Shown here piece after piece: positions 60,387 to 64,000 of a stretch of 64,000 nucleotides of DNA (the stretch's first letter is position 1; every line of letters starts with the position of its first letter). Under the pieces are notes generated by a model. That model did not search any database. It had not been told where the DNA came from and was given only the letters and a program-made list of their open reading frames with translations. The translations under genes were made by a program, and so were the position numbers. The DNA is from a virus, in IMG/VR virus record IMGVR_UViG_3300045988_107889, positions 42,257 to 106,256 of that record; one strand, given 5' to 3'.

Positions 60387-61289
60387 ATGGGGTTTTTGCG
60401 TTTTATTGCTGCCATCTTTGTGCTGGCAGGTATTGTTGTATCAATCGTTTGTCGATGCGGGGACATGAAGCACGAGGCCGGAGCAAGAATTACAAAGACT
60501 TGCAACATTTTTATTGTAGCTGGAATTGTTATTATGTTGGGTTTACAGACGTTCACTATTATTCCTACCGGATATACCGGCGTGCGCAGCACATTCGGTC
60601 AGATTTCAGAGAAAACTGTCCAAACCGGATTCAATTGGAAAGTTCCGTTCGTTCAGAAAATCGAAGCGGTAAACAACAAGCAACAAGACGTCACTTTTGA
60701 AGATAAAATTTGGTCTGAGACTGCAAATAGAACTGCTGTGTACTACGAAAATGTGACTGTGACCTATCAAATTAACCCGGACAAGTCCTCTTGGATCTAC
60801 GCCAATGTCTCAGACTATAAAGATGCGCTAGTTTCTACTGGGATTGTGTCTTCTGCGGTCAAATCTGCGAGCAAAGAGCTGCAAGACACCGACGCGACGT
60901 CCAGAACAAAGATTGAACCACTCGCTATGAAGCACCTGCAAGAAGCGTTGGACGAAAAATATAATAAGAACATTGTTGTGATTAACAAAGTTGTTATCAA
61001 CGGTGCTGATTTTGAGGATAGTTACAACAAAGCCATTGCTAAAAAGCAGAAAGCACAGCTTGAAGCAGAGGAGCAAGAGATCCTCAATAAGAAAAATATC
61101 GCTAAAGCAGAGGCGGAAGCGAAGGTAAAGATTAAGAATGCCGAAGCTGAGTCCAAGGCAAACAAAATGCTGGAAAAATCTTTGACTGATAACGTTATTA
61201 AGAGTCGGTATATTGAAAAATGGGATGGTAAGATGCCTGGCGTCGTCACATCGAAGGACGGAAACATCATGATTGGAATTGATAAGTGA
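60387..61289 (+). CDS. SPFH/band-7 (prohibitin-like) membrane protein
   Basis: N-terminal TM segments, then IIPTGYTGVRSTFGQISEKTVQTGFNWKVPFVQKIEAVN and an Ala/Glu/Lys-rich coiled coil. Confidence 0.75.
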   Translation: MGFLRFIAAIFVLAGIVVSIVCRCGDMKHEAGARITKTCNIFIVAGIVIMLGLQTFTIIPTGYTGVRSTFGQISEKTVQTGFNWKVPFVQKIEAVNNKQQDVTFEDKIWSETANRTAVYYENVTVTYQINPDKSSWIYANVSDYKDALVSTGIVSSAVKSASKELQDTDATSRTKIEPLAMKHLQEALDEKYNKNIVVINKVVINGADFEDSYNKAIAKKQKAQLEAEEQEILNKKNIAKAEAEAKVKIKNAEAESKANKMLEKSLTDNVIKSRYIEKWDGKMPGVVTSKDGNIMIGIDK

Positions 61290-61298
61290 GGTTTATAA

Positions 61299-62039
61299 AT
61301 GAAGGTTACTCTAATTACACATACACCAGCACCGGAGAAGGTTGTCGCTGCAGCGGCTAAGCTGTGTTACTCAAATGCAGATAGTATTGAGACTTTGATG
61401 AATGGATTGACGGACGAATCTGTATCCAAATTCATTCAGCATCTCTCGAACATGGGGCATCAATCGCCTATCGAGCACGTATCTTTTACATTTGGTATTG
61501 AAGGGGTGTCTCGCGCGTTGCTTGCGCAGTTGACTCGGCACCGCATTGCCTCTTACTCGGTACAGAGTCAGCGGTACGTAAACATGAACGGGTTCGATTT
61601 TGTTATCCCACCGGACGTAGAAGGCGACGAGGAGCTGAATGTTCTGTTTTCCGAGACGATGACAATGGAGAACAGAGTGTACGAAGTACTCCAGAGCAGG
61701 CTGTCCAAGAAGTATGTTGAAGCAGGAATGAAAAAGTCTGCAGCGGATAAAGCTGCGAATGAGGATGCACGATTTGTCTTGCCGAATGCGGCGACAACAA
61801 GAATGATTGTAACTATGAACGCAAGGTCTCTGCTGCATTTGTTCGAGCTTAGATGTTGTAACCGTGCTCAGTGGGAGATCAGAGAACTGGCCGATAAGAT
61901 GTTGGAGCTTGTTTACCCTGTAGCACCGAACTTGTTTGCAAAGGCTGGGCCTAGTTGTGTAGCTGAGGGCAAGTGTCCGGAGGGCAGCATGAGCTGCGGT
62001 AAGTATGAAGAGGTCAAAAGTAAGTATACAAGAAAGTAA
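61299..62039 (+). CDS. thyX: flavin-dependent thymidylate synthase
   Basis: ThyX signature LTRHRIASYSVQSQRY. Confidence 0.9.
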   Translation: MKVTLITHTPAPEKVVAAAAKLCYSNADSIETLMNGLTDESVSKFIQHLSNMGHQSPIEHVSFTFGIEGVSRALLAQLTRHRIASYSVQSQRYVNMNGFDFVIPPDVEGDEELNVLFSETMTMENRVYEVLQSRLSKKYVEAGMKKSAADKAANEDARFVLPNAATTRMIVTMNARSLLHLFELRCCNRAQWEIRELADKMLELVYPVAPNLFAKAGPSCVAEGKCPEGSMSCGKYEEVKSKYTRK

Positions 62040-62052
62040 CTAACGTATGAAT

Positions 62053-62079
62053 TTAGGGCTGCCCGATGGGCAGCCCTAA
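62053..62079 (+). terminator. hairpin after thyX
   Basis: TTAGGGCTGCC-CGAT-GGGCAGCCCTAA. Confidence 0.5.
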
Positions 62080-62091
62080 TAAGGAGAGGAC

Positions 62092-62280
62092 ATGGAAAAA
62101 GCTTTATTGTCATTAAAAGAAGTGTGTGAGTACACGGGATGGGGACAAACAAAAACAAGAAAACTACTAAAAGAAAACGAGGGCGGTTTTACCCTTAGAG
62201 TAGGAAATAGACTTTACGTTCACAAGGAGAGGTTTGACGAATACTTACACCGGTGCGCAAAATACGGTATTGACATCTAG
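62092..62280 (+). CDS. xis: excisionase-type HTH protein
   Basis: 62 aa. LSLKEVCEYTGWGQTKTRKLL. Directly upstream of the integrase. Confidence 0.65.
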   Translation: MEKALLSLKEVCEYTGWGQTKTRKLLKENEGGFTLRVGNRLYVHKERFDEYLHRCAKYGIDI

Positions 62281-62340
62281 GTGTATACTAATTACATATG
62301 CACAAATATGTTTTGCCCGTAAGTAGAAAGGAGTGCTGAC

Positions 62341-63540
62341 TTGGGCAAAGATTTAAAAGGGAAAGATCTTGGGGTTGGGTTTTCTCAACGGAAAGACGGG
62401 ATATATTGCGCTCGCGCAAAAATTGGTACGACCAAGATCTGCATATATAATTCTAATCTTTCAAAACTGAAGAAAGAGTTTGAAGAGAAAAAAGCACTCG
62501 CCCATAGGGACGAGTATGGAGAGCGCCCCGGCATAAAACTTACTGAGTGGTTTGAAGAATGGTTTGAGCGTTGCAAAGCGCCAAGTCTGAAATCTGATGT
62601 ATCCAGAAAGGTCTATTACAGAAAAATCAATAACACATATATCAACATTATCGGTGCAAAAAAGGTTGAAGACATATCCCAGATGAATATTCAAACAGCG
62701 ACAAATGAACTTGTAGAAAAGGAGTATTCATATAGATCAATTAAAGAAGCCCTTGGTGCTCTAAAAGAGTGCCTAGACATCGCTGTAGTAAACAAAGTAA
62801 TTAAAGTTAACCCATGTGTTGGAATAAATATCCTGAACGCCAATGTAACTGCCGCGAAAGAAAAACGGGCGCTTGCTGACTGGGAACTAAAGTTGTTCTT
62901 GGAGGAGATCGAAAACAACTATTACTATGAGGCATATATGTTCTTGCTCCTTACCGGCGTACGAATCGGAGAATTCTCCGGGTTACGTTGGGAGGATATA
63001 GATTTTGGCAACAAGGTAATCACGATTGAGAGATCAATGAGAACATACTATGACGGGGGCAAGAAAGTAGAAGAGCTATGTACTCCAAAAACATCAAATG
63101 CGTACAGAAGAATCCCGTTCTTCGGAGATGTGGAAAAATATTTACTAGCCTGGAGGATGAAGCAACAAACCTTAAAAGAGGAGCTTGGCAATAGGTGGAG
63201 AGCAAACCCCGACCACGGCAACCTAGTCTTTACAACAACGATGGGGTCTCCGGCTACAAGATATCCTATTGCACACGATCTTAAAAGGGTGTGTGCAAAT
63301 ATGCAAGCCAAAGAGAACTACAATGCAAATAAAAAAGGGCGAGTTCCAAGGGAGATCAAAAGCATTCATCCGCATGTATGTAGACATACATTCGCAACAC
63401 TCTGTTTCAAAAAGGGTCTCGAACCGCTATTTGTTCAACAGGTGATGGGGCATTCGAGTTACTCTACGACTCTACATTATACGCACATCACAGACTCCTA
63501 CACAAATAGTGAGGTTGCTAAAGCTGGAAGCCTACTGTAA
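62341..63540 (+). CDS. int: tyrosine integrase
   Basis: LLTGVRIGEFSGLRWEDID (Arg), HVCRHTFAT (H-x-x-R), MGHSSYSTTLHYTH (His, Tyr). TTG start after AAAGGAG. Confidence 0.9.
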   Translation: MGKDLKGKDLGVGFSQRKDGIYCARAKIGTTKICIYNSNLSKLKKEFEEKKALAHRDEYGERPGIKLTEWFEEWFERCKAPSLKSDVSRKVYYRKINNTYINIIGAKKVEDISQMNIQTATNELVEKEYSYRSIKEALGALKECLDIAVVNKVIKVNPCVGINILNANVTAAKEKRALADWELKLFLEEIENNYYYEAYMFLLLTGVRIGEFSGLRWEDIDFGNKVITIERSMRTYYDGGKKVEELCTPKTSNAYRRIPFFGDVEKYLLAWRMKQQTLKEELGNRWRANPDHGNLVFTTTMGSPATRYPIAHDLKRVCANMQAKENYNANKKGRVPREIKSIHPHVCRHTFATLCFKKGLEPLFVQQVMGHSSYSTTLHYTHITDSYTNSEVAKAGSLL

Positions 63541-63558
63541 AGTGTTGTGTAGTGTGTG

Positions 63559-63869
63559 GCGTTGAGTCATGTGTTCTAAATATGGCGGAGGCACAAAACA
63601 ATAAGCGTTGAGTAGTTGTTGAGTAGTGAAGTGTGCGTGTGATGGAAAAACGTTGATATATCAACACGATTTTTGAAACTTAGCAAAGATGATCAAGTAA
63701 CAAAGTCTTCGGCAGATTCTGAGTAACAGTGTTAAAAAACGTTGCAATATCAACGTTTTCGGCATATGCTCTTTAAAATAAACTACACAACTTTTTGAAA
63801 TATATGTCATATATTATCACAGCTTTATAAGAAGCATTGAGTAGAAGTTGCGTAGTGCGTTGAGTACGC
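63559..63869. repeat. att-like field of GYRTTGAGTA boxes and AACGTTG-N6-CAACGTT palindromes
   Basis: Boxes at 63559, 63605, 63616, 63834 and 63857. Palindromes GTTGATATATCAAC (63652-63665) and AAAACGTTGCAATATCAACGTTTT (63736-63759). Confidence 0.55.
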
Positions 63870-63954
63870 AAAGATTTTGTTTCCTTCGGCGAAGTTTACG
63901 CAACAGGAAAAACAAGGACAATCAAACATATTTGTGCATATGTAATTATCCTTT

Positions 63955-63996
63955 AAAAATAAGAGGGTCGCCCTGCAGGGCGACCCTCTTATTTTT
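63955..63996. terminator. bidirectional rho-independent terminator
   Basis: AAAAATAAGAGGGTCGCCC-TGCA-GGGCGACCCTCTTATTTTT. Confidence 0.75.
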
Positions 63997-64000
63997 AAAG

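Noticed and set aside
1-64000. Possible stop-codon reassignment (TAG or TGA recoding), as in some gut phages.
   Set aside because: Genes are densely packed and terminate cleanly on TAA, TAG and TGA. The recognised enzymes (LigA, NrdD, ThyX, Dut, RT) read through without in-frame stops. No suppressor tRNA (CUA or UCA anticodon) is present among the tRNAs found. The only interrupted genes are explained by introns, an intein or an A-run frameshift.

Overview
The window looks like the early, replication and nucleotide-metabolism arm of a large temperate phage or phage-plasmid. The host is probably an anaerobic Gram-positive (Clostridia-like) bacterium: GGAGG Shine-Dalgarno sites, TTGACA/TATAAT promoters, anaerobic NrdDG and a Spo0A-C-like regulator all point that way. 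No capsid, tail or lysis genes are visible. Left end (1-4.8 kb, minus strand): two paralogous DNA-binding or Rep-like genes, an iteron/AT-rich region, a purine-rich repeat field and a small tyrosine recombinase. From 5.3 kb on, almost everything is on the plus strand. In order: a ~1 kb hairpin-rich non-coding locus, small early genes including ArdA, and a tRNA operon (11 clear tRNAs plus one interrupted tRNA-like gene). Next comes a ParB-like / JAB / ThiF(E1) cassette with five tandem paralogs sharing a ...CL(L/M)L C-terminus, then a retron-type reverse transcriptase behind a 460-nt leader. After that: about 45 small ORFs, a tRNA-repair-like set (HAD, Thg1-like, PRTase-like), LigA, a MazF-like toxin, Erf, SSB and a Cas4-like nuclease. 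Replication genes follow: a primase-helicase interrupted by an intein and DnaE interrupted by a group I intron. Nucleotide-metabolism genes follow: dNMP kinase, NrdD/NrdG, dUTPase, a PAPS-reductase-like enzyme, an N6-adenine methyltransferase, SHMT interrupted by a second, homologous group I intron, an HD hydrolase, an SPFH protein and ThyX. The window ends with xis, int and an att-like repeat field. The most interesting candidate system is the PRTRC-like E1/JAB cassette with its CLLL-tail paralog fan, adjacent RT, and a shared two-hairpin CGGAACG element. All calls rest on motif reading by eye; no similarity search, RNA folding or tRNA scan could be run.
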